Source: Neophaeotheca triangularis
Taxonomy: Eukaryota
DNA: 64,000 bases
NCBI GenBank assembly: GCA_054600435.1
Contig: BAAIJX010000008.1
Span: forward strand, 620,001 to 684,000
Reading direction: 5' to 3'
The notes under the pieces are model-generated. The model saw only the letters and a program-made list of their open reading frames with translations, ran no database searches and was not told where the DNA came from. Numbering within the stretch: the stretch's first letter is position 1; each line of letters opens with the position of its first letter. Positions 50,727-62,639 of this stretch are shown here, piece after piece. The translations under genes and the position numbers were made by a program.

Positions 50727-53497
50727 ATGCTCGCCAAATGGTACTGTAGAAAGTCCTCCTTTCCCGGCCTTCGACCTTACGCTTTTGTATCGCTGGGGCG
50801 AACATTCGCGACTTCATCTCGACACAACGCGGTAGCCTCTTCTCACAATGTCGCTGCGACGGACTCGACTAGAACGAGAAATATTGGCATAATAGCTCAC
50901 ATCGATGCGGTACGAGTATAGAATCTGACAGCTTCTTGAAGTATACTGACCACCATAAAGGGGAAAACTACCACCACGGAGCGCATGCTCTATTACAGTG
51001 GCTTCACTAGACGATTAGGAGGTATACTTGTTATAGACGAGATCAAACACGTACAACACTGACTCTCGCAGATGTCGACGAAGGAAGCACCGTTACAGAC
51101 TTTCTCCCTGCCGAGCGCGCTAGAGGCATCACCATACAGTCCGCAGCCATCACATTCTCTTGGCCTCCAGACTCAAGCAGACCTCCCACCAACATCAATC
51201 ATCAATCTCTGCCAAGAAGCTCCATCCCCCACAACATCAACCTAATCGACACTCCAGGCCACGCAGACTTCACTTTTGAAGTCCTCCGATCGTTACGCGT
51301 ACTAGACGGCGCCGTGTGCATCCTCGACGGCGTAGCGGGTGTCGAAGCTCAGACGGAGAAGGTCTGGGCTCAAGCTAGCACTTACAGCATCCCGAGGATA
51401 GTCTTTGTCAACAAGCTCGACAGAGACGGTGCAGCTTTTGCTCGCACTGTGAAGCAGATTGGTGCGAGGTTGCGTGTCTGGCCTGCTGTTTGTGCGATTC
51501 CGTGGTGGACCGCGGATGGGCAATTGAGGGGGATTGGCGATGTGATTGGCTTGCGAGGTCTGCTGTATCCGACTGGCGGCGATGGGAAGGAGATTGCTGT
51601 TTCAAACCTTACGTCCCTTGCTTCTGAGGATGCGAGTTTTGTGGATGAGCTGAAAAAGGCGAGAGTAGCTCTCGTTGAGCTCTTGTCGGAGCATGATGAC
51701 GAGCTCGTGGAGAAGTTCTTTGAAGTGGGCGAAGATCATCTCGCTATCACGCCGCAGGACCTGACTGAGAGCCTTCGACGATGTACGCTGCAGGATGATC
51801 AAATAGTCGCCCCCGTGTTCGCAGGGGCGAGTTTTCGCAATGTTGGAGTTCAGCCGTTGCTTGACGCTGTGGTGGATTTGTTGCCTTCGCCCGAGCAAAG
51901 ACCTGATCCTGAGATTAGGCTTGGGAATGACACCAGCGGCGGGCTCGCGGATTTTCTGACTGGGAAACTCGAAGTTGGCGACACCACCCAACGTCAGGGC
52001 AAAAAGAGCAAAGCCGTCACGACGAAGCCGAGCTATGCCTTGCAAAATTTAGAGGCCTGCGCATTAGCCTTCAAAGTTGTCACGGATGCACGGAGGGGTG
52101 TGTTGGTGTACGTTCGTGTCTACAGTGGCAGCCTGAAGAGCAACGCTCCGCTCTACAACACCAACCTGGGCGTCACTGAACGCTCTCAACGCTTGCTTAA
52201 GATGTATGCAAACGACGCTGTAGACATCGAAAGCGTACCGAGCGGCCATATAGGAGTCGTACCAGGTCTCAAATCTGCCAGAACGGGAGACACGCTCATT
52301 TCCTATACTGGAGTTAACCCGAAAGTTGGTCCACCAGCGCCCATCAACAGCCTGCAGCTAAGACCGATCGACATACCTCCGCCGGTATTCTTCGTCAGCG
52401 TCGAGCCAAACAGCCTCGCAGAAGAAAAGCACGTCAAAGAAAGCCTAGACATGCTTCTCCGAGAGGATCCAAGCCTGCACGTCAGCATGGACGAAGAATC
52501 GGGCCAAACCCACCTATCCGGAATGGGCGAGCTCCACCTCGAAATTGCCCGCGACAGGCTTGTCAACGACCTCAAAGCCAAAGCCCGTATTGGCAGCATC
52601 GAAATTGGCTACCGTGAAGCCATAACCGGAACCAGCCCCCCAACGACACAGACCTTCGACCGCGAGGTCAGCGGCCGCAGCTCCAAAGCCGCCTGCACAG
52701 TCACTGTCTCCCCTCTCCTCGACACCGAGCCCGAACCCCCAACCGACGTCAACACCCTTACCTTCCACCTCCCCGACTCAAACCGCCTCACCATCACGAC
52801 CCCCACCCTAACTTCCTCCGGCGCCCCCACCGACTCCTCCGCCCCCGGCATCCCTACAGATCTTCCCCTCCCCACAATCCTCCAGAGCTACAGCAACGGC
52901 GTGTCAGCAGCGCTCGCCCGTGGCCCCACTCACGCCTACCCCCTTCACTCAACCGCCATAAACCTCACCCTCGACCCCCAAACCCACCTCTTCCCCAGCA
53001 CGACCCCCTCCGCCCTCTCCTCCGCAGCGCGCCTAGCAGTACAAACCGCCCTTCGACAAACCGTCACCGCAGGCAACCCCACAACCCTCATGGAACCAGT
53101 CATGCTCGCCACTCTCGCTGTTGACGCCGATAGCCTCGGCAGCGTCGTCCACGACCTCTCCAGCGCGCGCGGCGGTAGCGTCGTCGCTCTCTCTTCGGAC
53201 GAAGATTCAGACTCTTCCCCAACGGCCAACAACATCGACACCAACCGCATCTACACGCCTCCGGATCCCTTCGCTTCCAGTTCTGGTGGGGTAGGTGACG
53301 AGTCTTTACTGGGCCCAGCTGGACAAAGACAGGTTGTTGCCAGAGTGCCTTTGCAGGCTATGGTGGGGTATTTGAGGCATTTGAGGAGCTTGACGAAGGG
53401 GAGAGGTACTTTTACTATGGTTGTGGATCGGTTTGAGCGTATGAGTGCGGTGAGAATGCGGGCTGTTGTTGAGGGTATGAGGGGGGAGGGGTGGTGA
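50727..53497 (+). CDS. MEF2: Mitochondrial ribosome-releasing factor 2 (EF-G2mt)
   Basis: Exons 50727-50909, 50961-51021 and 51072-53497. [44 protein letters not shown] and GMGELHLEI; Arg/Ser-rich presequence. Confidence 0.9.
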
Positions 53498-54944
53498 CTG
53501 GTTCGTTAGGAGCACGAATCCAGGCCTAAAGATATGGTCCTTGTTAATTCGACTGATAGAAGTTGTATCAATTATCGCTAATCGTTTTTCACGCTCTCCC
53601 GAGACCGTGTGGGTGTAGGCTAGGGGCGCTGAGACTGGTGTCATAGTAGCGGCTCTGGAGCGCTCTCCGTTTGCTTGGCTCGTCACAATCACCGAGGGTA
53701 AAGCGCTTGGCCCGAGATGAATCAGGAATGGTCTTCTGGCAGACTCCTCTTACCGAGATGCCCATGCCGCTGGCTCCAAGGCCTTCATATGTTATCGCTT
53801 CATGCTGTGGTGCCTCTCTTCATCGAAAGCGAAGAGGTTTTATTCATTGTCCGCGACTACAGAACTACGCGCACGTGAGAACTGTAATAGCATTGCCTAC
53901 GAAAGCTCAAAGAATGACCCCCAATGTTCTGACGGTGCCGCGAGAGAAGTTCGCGAAGATTACTGGGGGACACGTAGCTGCTGGACGTTCTGCTTGCAGA
54001 GAAAGTTCCAAGCAGCTGAGTCAAACTCTTCTACTGCACTGCCGAACGGCAAAATTTGCAGGTTTCCTTGCTGTTATTGTTCAAAATCCGCGTGACAGTG
54101 TCGTGGCCGGAAGACGAGAACTTACCCCTGAACGGCTCGTGCCTTTCATTGGCCCGCCCAAGTCCACGCCGAGCCATGGAAATTTCCCGCATGCTGGCTG
54201 CGAGCCCCTGGTAGCCGCCTTATGAAAACGTTCTGACCACTGGCATCCGCCGGGACGAGAGATCTGTCCCCTGGAAAAGCTCCGAGCTTGCTTTTGTAGG
54301 TTTCAAATGGAACCCAGGGCAGAGTAGCAGGAATCGATGTCCTTCCCTGCGAGTGTAGAGATTTTTGACTGCATTGGAACAGGTCTGATGCGGCTAAGAA
54401 AATGATTTGGGACGGTCAGGGCTTCGTTACCTGCGCTGGGGAAAGTGGGAGTGCGGAGTTAAGTGAAGTGATTCTTTCTGTGTGGAGTGTAGATTGACAG
54501 TGTTAGGGAGATCAATAGGGCTTACCAGTTCGCTGCGGTGCTTGTGAGCGGATGCTAATGATGAGCAGTAGCTTGACGATGTCGGTAGTCAGGGCTTCTC
54601 AGAAGTACACGAATGACCAGACCTCAACATTTACTTTTTTTGTCTAGTAGTCTTTCATGAAGTAGCACTTACGAGCTCGAGCTCTTGGAAATCGTTCGCA
54701 GCTTTCACAATGGTTCATCCCCTCCTGCACTCCGCTCAATACAAAGCAAAAGTAACTCCTTGACGAGCAAAAACAGCAAAACCTGACCTCTTCACCCGTA
54801 TCTATGCCCTAGAATATGGGAGTGAAGAGCCAGTAAACACGCTTAGCCCACCTAGCTAACATCAATGGCGGGTACCTTCTTGTGAATTATGGAATTCAAG
54901 AAGGCCGGTTTAGCCCAGGATTCGAACGAGAGTCCTAGGCTGAA

Positions 54945-54963
54945 GGGGGGGGGGGGGGGGGGG
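54945..54963 (+). repeat. G19 homopolymer
   Basis: Read directly. Confidence 0.9.
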
Positions 54964-55472
54964 ACACACAACCACTAAGCCATTGACGGTAGTGATTGCA
55001 TTAGGGGGATTTGTGTTGAATCGAATATATTGCTTCGCGTGCTTGGTGCACTGGGTGTTGAGCATGGTTTGTGAGCCGGTAAAATATCCTCCTTGACCTC
55101 ACTGTCTGGGCGGATGAATGCAGAGTGAATCGCCATCCTTACAGGCCGGGAAACCTCCGGCGAGACTCTGGCGGTAAATTTATACACGGTGTCTGCGAGA
55201 GCCGGGTTTGCTTGTAGGCTGCTCAGGTGTATTGCAAAGTGGGCCGCGCAGTTTGGGTAGCATAGCGCTGTTACCAAATAAACCATTGCAATAAGCCATA
55301 GCAGTGAAAATTTCGAGGTCACTCGCGGGTCTTTCCCCCTGAATCTCTGCCCCTTGACCTCCATCTCCCAAGCCCAGCACGAAAAAGAGACAAAAATATC
55401 AATCCATAGTCAATGAATACCAACCTCGTCGCCACCAGAAGCATTACCCACCGCCAACACAAGCAAAAAGGC

Positions 55473-55682
55473 AAAAAGACAGAGTCTCCCTTCTCTCTCC
55501 GGGTTAGGGGTGTCGAGTAGGGTTTTCAACTTATGGGGGACCCAACGCCCGAGCGGGGACTCGAACGCAGGGCCACCTTTGTATGGCCGGTACCGTAGTG
55601 AATCTGTGACAGATCCGTACCTAGTGACCTCCCTCCACTCCACGAACGCAGTCCCACCTGCGCCATGGTTGCATGGAGCCCA
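55473..55682 (-). ncRNA. Candidate Pol III-type, tRNA-derived structured RNA (or SINE head)
   Basis: A-box TGGCGCAGGTGG (55665-55654), B-box GTTCGAGTC (55566-55558), tandem T5 terminators (55477-55473 and 55469-55465), and several stems with G-U pairs on this strand. The 5' end is approximate. Confidence 0.5.
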
Positions 55683-55862
55683 AGATAGTGACAGCGCGTG
55701 CAATGTCACTTTTCGCGCATGGCAGTGTCCTCGGTTTGTGGTATATATTCCTTCAGTTGCTGTGAGCCAGTCAGTGTAGGCTCGCGGTGCCTTCACTGTT
55801 CAGGGGCCCGTCTTCACTGCACGCTTACGTCTTTGGGGAAGGTAAGGGCCTGGAGCCCTTTG

Positions 55863-55941
55863 CTTGCGACCTCACTTCAACCTCCTCTTGCGACCTCACT
55901 TCATCCTCGCCTCTTGTCACCTCGCTTCACCACCTCTTGTC
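55863..55941. repeat. Degenerate ~24-bp minisatellite, about 3.3 copies
   Basis: cttgcgacctcacttcaacctcct / cttgcgacctcacttcatcctcgcct / cttgtcacctcgcttcaccacct / cttgtc. Confidence 0.75.
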
Positions 55942-56029
55942 CCGTGTAGTGCTTCAGTCACCTCATCACCTCAGCGTGTGACATTTCCTGAATGGCTTTG
56001 ACTAGACTCTTCCGCCTCTCCAAATTCTG

Positions 56030-57600
56030 CCATGACAACTATCCCGTCTCTTCACTAGCAGCATCCACAACAAGAACACCGCCACCAACAACGACAACCA
56101 CAGCAGTATCAAACAACAAACAACACCTTTCCCACAGCGTACTACCTCCTCGTTAACCGCGCCGCCTAGTCGACCGTCCCTATCCACACCGCCCTGCTCA
56201 AGCTCCCTGACCAGTCAAACAGATACCATCAACCAATCCAGAACAGCCACACGTGCAGAATCCCCCAGAAAGTCTTCTGCGATCTAAACAGCACACCACA
56301 CCCCCACCCCTTTGATCGCAAAGACCATACTCCAAGCGCCTCACCAACACACCCGAGCCAAAGCCGTGGCAGACCGCAATACCCCGAAGCTTCAATGACA
56401 ACTACCAGAAACTCGAGAGCGCCGGCACGTACGCAACTTCTTCGAATGTCGTCCCATCGACCGGAGTGCGAAAGAAGTCTATGAGGCTCGCGAGGCGGTT
56501 CCGAAAGCACAGGTCCTTGCCCCCAAAGGCCAAACACCTCCACATCAACCCTTAACCAACGCGCTGGTACGCCGTGGGGCCCCGAGGCCCCAACAGCAGC
56601 CGCCATAATCGAGAGTGCTGCCACGTGCGAAAGCTACTTCGAACATCGTCCCAAAATTGAAAGGCGCGCGAGCTCCTTTTAATCCGCGAAAAGGCTCCCA
56701 AGGCTCGGCTCGGGAACATCCTGGGTGGGAGACCACCAGCCCCTGACCAGCTGATAGAGTTCGGGACCACCTGCTCAAGGTGGCTAAGTCATTGCAAGCC
56801 TACCCTTTTCCGACGAAATTGAAAGAAGCGGGGCTTGTTAACGAAGGCTCCCGAAAACCTCGCACAAGCCGTCGAAGCGCGATTGCCATCGCCATCATTC
56901 TCCGGCCACCCACGCGAGCCCAGTAAACGATCTCGTTTGGAACCAATTCTCCTCATGACTGGCGCGGGCCACGTCTTCACTGAGCTTGCGGAACTATCGG
57001 ACACCGTCTTGCGACATCGCGCAATCGACGCCAACCCACTTCTACAGCGCACCGAAGCCCACCACCGCCAAGCAAAAGAAACGCCTGCCAACGACCTCAT
57101 CCCAGACGAAAGCATGGAGAAACCCCACTCAAAGCTGTTCAGACATGTCGCGGCCATGGCCCTCGCGGCAAAACACCTCGCTGGCCTCGACCACGGCGAG
57201 ATTGGCGGCGGAGCTGCGGTGTAGCTGTGGTAGTCGCTAGCTGACCGCGTGAGGTCGGGAAGTGCGTGCTGGGATGAAAGTTCTGGAGCTGGCGAATGGT
57301 TTCCGACGCGTTCTGGTCCGAGACGCTTGATTCGCGGTGAAAGCTCTCGGCGAGGATAGCCACTCGAGACTGACGGGGACGCGCTGGGCGATCGCTTCGG
57401 GACTTTAGCGTAGTTGGCTGGTAGCAGTCCGCCATTTGGTGAACAGACGACGCGAGTCCGCCGGGAGCGAGGGAAGAGAAAGAGAAAAAAACAAAAGGCG
57501 CAAGTTGGCCGGCCCATCATCACGGATAGAAAAAGCAAGAGGCCTTCAAGCAAAAAGTGGGTATCACTATGTACACTACCTCAGGTACCTTGCCTCTGCA
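56030..57600 (+). pseudogene. Probable decayed gene of unknown family
   Basis: Protein-like segments, such as the 56835-57224 ORF (LAELSDTVLRHRAIDANPLL..LFRHVAAMALAAKHL), sit in long nearly open frames broken by scattered stops. Confidence 0.35.
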
Positions 57601-57685
57601 TCTTGCTCGTTGCCTCTCCTCTGCTTAATCAACCCCTCTCCGAACTCAGGTAACTACTTCTACCAAATTCAACCCCCTCACTCAT

Positions 57686-59393
57686 CTACCCCAACCGAAC
57701 ATAATTCGCCGGGAAACTCCCCTGCACCCCCCTCAACTCCCCCTCCCACCAATCATCGGTACTCTCCGTCTTCCTTACAACCCTAATGCGATCGCCCTCG
57801 GCAAAAGCCAAGTCGCCCGCATTCTGGCCTTCGAAATCGAAAAGCGCCGTCACGTAGCTCGCTTGCAAACCGCTGGTGATGCGTTTGGTGGGAACGGGGG
57901 GCGGTGGTTTCTTCTTGGCGGCGATAGACGAGGTCATGCTAGAATTGCTCGAGGCGCGGTTGGCGGAGAAGTAATCGTGGGGGGCTTTTTGGGGGTTGGG
58001 GGAGAAGGTGCCGTTGCTGCCACCGCCATTCATGAAAGGGCTTTGGATGCGGCCGGGTGTAATTCCCCCTCCATTGCTGGAGACTTGGTCGGCCCAGGGG
58101 GAAGGAGAGGCGGGGTAGGAGGTCGTGGGTTTGGCTTCGTAGGGTGGTGGTGAGGCCGAAGGGATGTTGTTGTTGTTGCTGTAGGAGGGAATGCGGGGTT
58201 TGCTGTCTGGGTTGAAGGAGGGGATACGTCCTTGGCCGGGCCGTGGAGGCTTCGGAGGCGCAGCTTCCTCTTCCTCTTCGTAGTCGGGTTGCTTGTTGTC
58301 GTTCCAGCCTATTTGAGGTGTAGGAGGTGTAGACGATTTCTCATCTTTCCAGCCAATCGCAGGCGTACTGGGCGTGGATACCGAAGCTGAACTCGTCGCT
58401 GGCTTTGGCGGTGCTTGGTTGCTGCTTTTGCGTAGACCCATCGCCCTGTTGCGTAGACCAAAGCCAGTAACTGTGCTGGTGTCTTTCTCGGGCGGCAGAG
58501 TCATGGCCAGGTTCACGGCTTTACCCCTGGCGATGGTGTTGAGGCCGCTTTCTACCTCCTTTCTGAAGCCAGTAAACTCTCGGTCCCAGGCAGCAATGAT
58601 CTCAGCATCCCCGGGAGCTGGACTAGGGAAACCCTGCTGCTTGCAGTAGGCGTCGAGAACAGTGTAGAGCTGACCCACCAATGTCGTCTGCAGCATAATC
58701 TGATTTGTCAGCATGTACGGCAGCAAGCTCCTGACAGCAGCCGTGACGGGTGGGAAGGTCTGCTTGACTTGTTCATCGGCAGTCTGATAGTCGATTTGCG
58801 CTTGTGCCAAGTTGCTCTCGTGAGTCGCCAGCGCAGCCTCCTCCTTTGCCGACCGAGTCTCCTTCCTTCCAGCATGGTCGGCCCTGCTCTTGTACCTCTC
58901 GTAATCCAACTTGGCATTTTCCCTATGCTTTACCGTCTTCTTGAGGGGTTTGATCGCCTGCTGGGCTTGCTCCATAGGCCTCATCAACTTTTTATCAATC
59001 ATGGATATCTCCTGCGCCAAATCGGCTTTGGTGGAGGCGTATGCTTTCTGCAAAGCAAGACACTTCTGGAGGAACTTCTGCGGGGTTTGCGCAGGCTGGT
59101 GTTGCATTTCCGGGTCATTGGTCGGCTCAATTGGCTTGTAGAGGTAGGTGAAGGCATCGGCACAGTCGTATTGGAGCTTAAGGATGTCTTCCCAGCCATT
59201 GCGCCACGTTTTGAGTTCTCGAAGGAGCTGTTTGCAGTGTCAGTACATGGTACACGTCTCCCACTAGAAGAGGCTTTCTCACACTATCAAGCATGGCATC
59301 GACAGCCTTGAAGTCTGCCAATACAGTCCCGACATCCTGCTCGTCGTCGGTCCGCTTCATGAGCCCTCCGAACCTGCGTTGCATGGACTTCAT
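57686..59393 (-). CDS. N-BAR plus SH3 domain protein (amphiphysin/Rvs167-related)
   Basis: Exon 1 59283-59393 (amphipathic MKSMQRRFGGLMK), exon 2 57686-59227. BAR helices (KHRENAKLDYER), Pro-rich linker and SH3 ALFDFEGQ..DLAF..WWEG..GSFPANYV. Confidence 0.9.
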
Positions 59394-60839
59394 GATTGCT
59401 GGGTGGTTAGTCGTACTTCCAGGAGATGGTGATAGGCTTTGTCCTTTCAACAAGCAATTGAGGAAAGGTGGCAGGTAACCAAGTCGAGCAAATGAAAGTA
59501 CGAGGATTAGGTAGACGCGGGATGCGGATGTTCACTGCAGGCTTGCGTGGCCAAAGCAGAAAGCGGAGCTCCGCTTGTGGCCTGCGTCGCCCGCCGTGTT
59601 GGCAAGTCTTGGGTCAACCAACAATGGCTTTGCCACCGACATATTCATTGAAAATTGATTAAACGGCCGGCAAAGGCTAGATGATGATGCCGATTCACCT
59701 TCGGTACCTAGGGAGGCAGAAGCTTTCAATTTAGTACGAAGAACGAAGGGAAAGGGCCAGGGACCACAACAGTTGCTTGCCTGAAACGGTTGGGTTCATG
59801 AACTCAATCTCGACCTCACCTCATCCTATTCCTTCCTACACATGGCTCACTGCTGGCAATACTCATTGAATCTAGCGAAGCGAGGGGAGCATCTGTAAGA
59901 ACAAGACCGAGAAGACAGCGCTCCTTAAGTCTTGCTTTTGAACCCTTTGCGCAGCCCTGTTGTTGAGTCTTGTCTCAACGACGTTCAGCCGAGGACACTC
60001 GTCACTTTTGATGATACAAGGGACAATGATCGGGGGAAGATGCGACCCAAGACTGAATTCGTACAACTTTGTTAGCTCCTTCCTGCCCTTCCAGCTCATC
60101 CCTGGCTCCGGGACACTGTTACACCTGCATTCCTCACGCAGAGACTGAGCAGTGAGCCCTAGACACGTCAGAGGCTGTCCGGAGCTGGAAGCTAGTAGCA
60201 GGGGGTCGTAAGGGCGGCGAAGTCGATCGTGTCAGTCTTACCGAGGGCCAGCAAGCGTCGAGCAGGATGTCCTCTTGAAGATGCGCCACTTTAGGCGTGA
60301 GTAAGCTTGGATAGGTCAGCGATTAGCTGAGCTTTAAAGTGAGAGTTCTATGAAGGTAAAGAGACGAAGGTTCAAATGCTATTTCGTGTTTGGTTTCTTC
60401 CTCGTCTTTGCCTTCGTTGTTGTTCCTGCCTACTGGCTCATTTACTGGCCTGAACTGTTTGCACGTTTGGTTGCAAAACGAGCGGGTATTCGTCATCGGT
60501 GTCGGCACGCTTGTTCGGACTCGCCATAGTTGAGAGCAAAGTGGATTTTGAAAGACGAATTAGAATCGTAAAGAAGAGGTGATAGGGACTCGAGCAAGAA
60601 GACATAGCTGAGAGGAAAGTGGAAAGCAGGAAAGACACGACGTTGTAGAGCAAAGTCGTCATTCAATAGCGTTGCAAAGGCGTACTCGGGCATCAAGCAC
60701 CGATAAATCAACCCAGACTCGAGAAATAAATTCGCCTCCTGGCGTTGATTCAGAGACCCAGGACCGTCAGCATCCAGCTCCAGCAAGCCAACTCCTTCCT
60801 TCATCCCCCATACCTACTTCCCATACTAAACCTCCCTCT

Positions 60840-61461
60840 TCAAGCAGAAAAAGCATATCGCATGCCCCTCCTCGGCTTCAACACAGGCGCAGTGACCTCT
60901 TCCTCCCTCTTCTCCCTCGCCACCTCCGCCCCTTCCTCACTGTGAGATTGCAAAACTCTATTCACAAAAGCCCGCATTTCCGCTCGCAAGTTCTGCGACA
61001 AGCTGGTAGTGGTGGCAGCTGCGCGGCGGTTCTTTTGTTGTTGCTGGCTGCGCTCGTCGGTGGCGGCGGGGAAAGCCGCGGCGGAGCGGTGGGCGTGGCC
61101 CCAAGAGGGGGTTGCGTCGCGGTAGGTGTGGGCAGCGTGGATTTGGGCCTACGGGGCGAAGAGGGGGTCGTGGTTAGTGGGGTTGGGTGACGACGGGGAT
61201 CAGGAGGAAGTGGCAAGAGCACACGGGTTCGCACACTCTTACCCTCTTCCCCGTTGGAGGTTGTTGTAGTGGTTGCGGTTGTGATTGTGGGTTCGACGAT
61301 AGAGACTGCCACCATGCTTGGAGATAGCAGCCTGGTAGGTGATCGAGACATACCTCGGACTCGCCTTGGGACCAGCGGGCTTCGACGTCGGCGAAGCTGG
61401 GAAGAGGGTTGGCGGTGGCAAGGACCGCTGCTAGGAGCAGGAGGTTGAGGGTGAGATGCAT
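60840..61461 (-). CDS. Small secreted orphan protein (~138 aa) with dibasic processing sites
   Basis: Exon 1 61354-61461 (signal peptide MHLTLNLLLLAAVLATA), phase-0 intron GTATGT..ACTAAC..TAG, exon 2 60840-61148 open for 103 codons to TGA. Confidence 0.6.
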
Positions 61462-62639
61462 TGCGTGGAATTTGGTAGTGAGATGTAGATAGGTAGTTGT
61501 TTCGTTGGCTAGAGATTGATAATGGAAAGACCGTGGAAGCGAGTGACTTGAGAGAACTTGTTGCTCGATGGAAGGAGGTTAGTAGAGAACAAGAGTTGGT
61601 ACTTATGCCTTTGGCTCTCGATAATAAATGCCACGGGCTCATCCCTTCCATACAAAGCTGGCATTTCGTGCGGCCGGTTTAACAAGGTTACGCAATGTCA
61701 CCCATGAGAAGTCCGGCCCTTGCAGTTCTTTGCGGATTTGGAAGCGGAGGGATCGTGCAGGAGCTTGTGTCTGGAGCTTGAGTCTTTGTGAGCCACAGAT
61801 AGATTCGTGAGGGTTGCAGGGCGACTCAAGGGGTTTGAGACCGATGTGTGTCTTTGGTATGTAGAAGACGCGCTTCTCTGGTGGTGTGTCTGTCCGCGCG
61901 AAGAATGGACGTACAACCATGTCCCGAAGCCAGGGATGAGCTGGATGGGGAGAAAAGAAGCTTAAGGGGGCTTCTCTGCGAGGGCGCATGAATCCGGTAG
62001 GCATGGGATCGAATCATTCCTCGATCGCCTTCCTGCTCTCCTTTACACGAGAAGCGTCCCTGGCTGAAGATAGATTAAAACAAGGCGAGACATGAGTAGC
62101 ACTGTTTCTCGGTATGCTCGTAGAGGCTCCTTTCTATATTGTCGGAAGCGGTAGTAATGGGCACATGTTGGGGTTTGCAAGCTTCATTTTATCAATTTTT
62201 CGAGCTTTTCGCCTTCGACTCTCTTCCATCTTCACCTCACTCACTGTCAGTCGTTGCCATCAGGTGCCTCTCGCGCGAGGTGCATCTCAGTCACTCGACG
62301 TGAGGTCCCGAGGTCGGCGGTCGGCCTTTGATGACTCGACAGACACCGAGACTGCCCCGCCCCCGCCCTGTCCTGTCTGACACCTTCAGAACAGCTCTTT
62401 CACGTGCCAGTAGGTATGTACGGTACAGGTACCTAGTAGTCTTCACCCAGACCAGAGACTACCCTGGAGCCTTGAGGTGTTGTTCCAACCTAACCTCCCA
62501 CTTCTACTTGACCCTCCGACCTGTGACTCAACATTCTCTCCACCATCTAACAATCTTCCGAACTTGGCCCAATACCATCAAATTACCTTATCATCCAAAT
62601 CTCACAACCACCGCATCACCACCTCCCACCAACCCCACC

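Noticed and set aside
55501..55509. GGGTTAGGG (minus strand CCCTAACCC) as a telomerase RNA template
   Set aside because: It is only 9 nt, predicted to be base-paired in a hairpin and followed within 30 nt by T5 runs. I could not identify a pseudoknot, CR4/5 domain or a downstream ATAAGT cleavage site.
55598..55618. GGATC-TGTCACA-GATTC hairpin with central TCA, suggesting tRNA-Sec or an opal suppressor
   Set aside because: No U33, wrong spacing to the D-arm, acceptor and T stems unpaired, and ascomycetes are not known to use selenocysteine.
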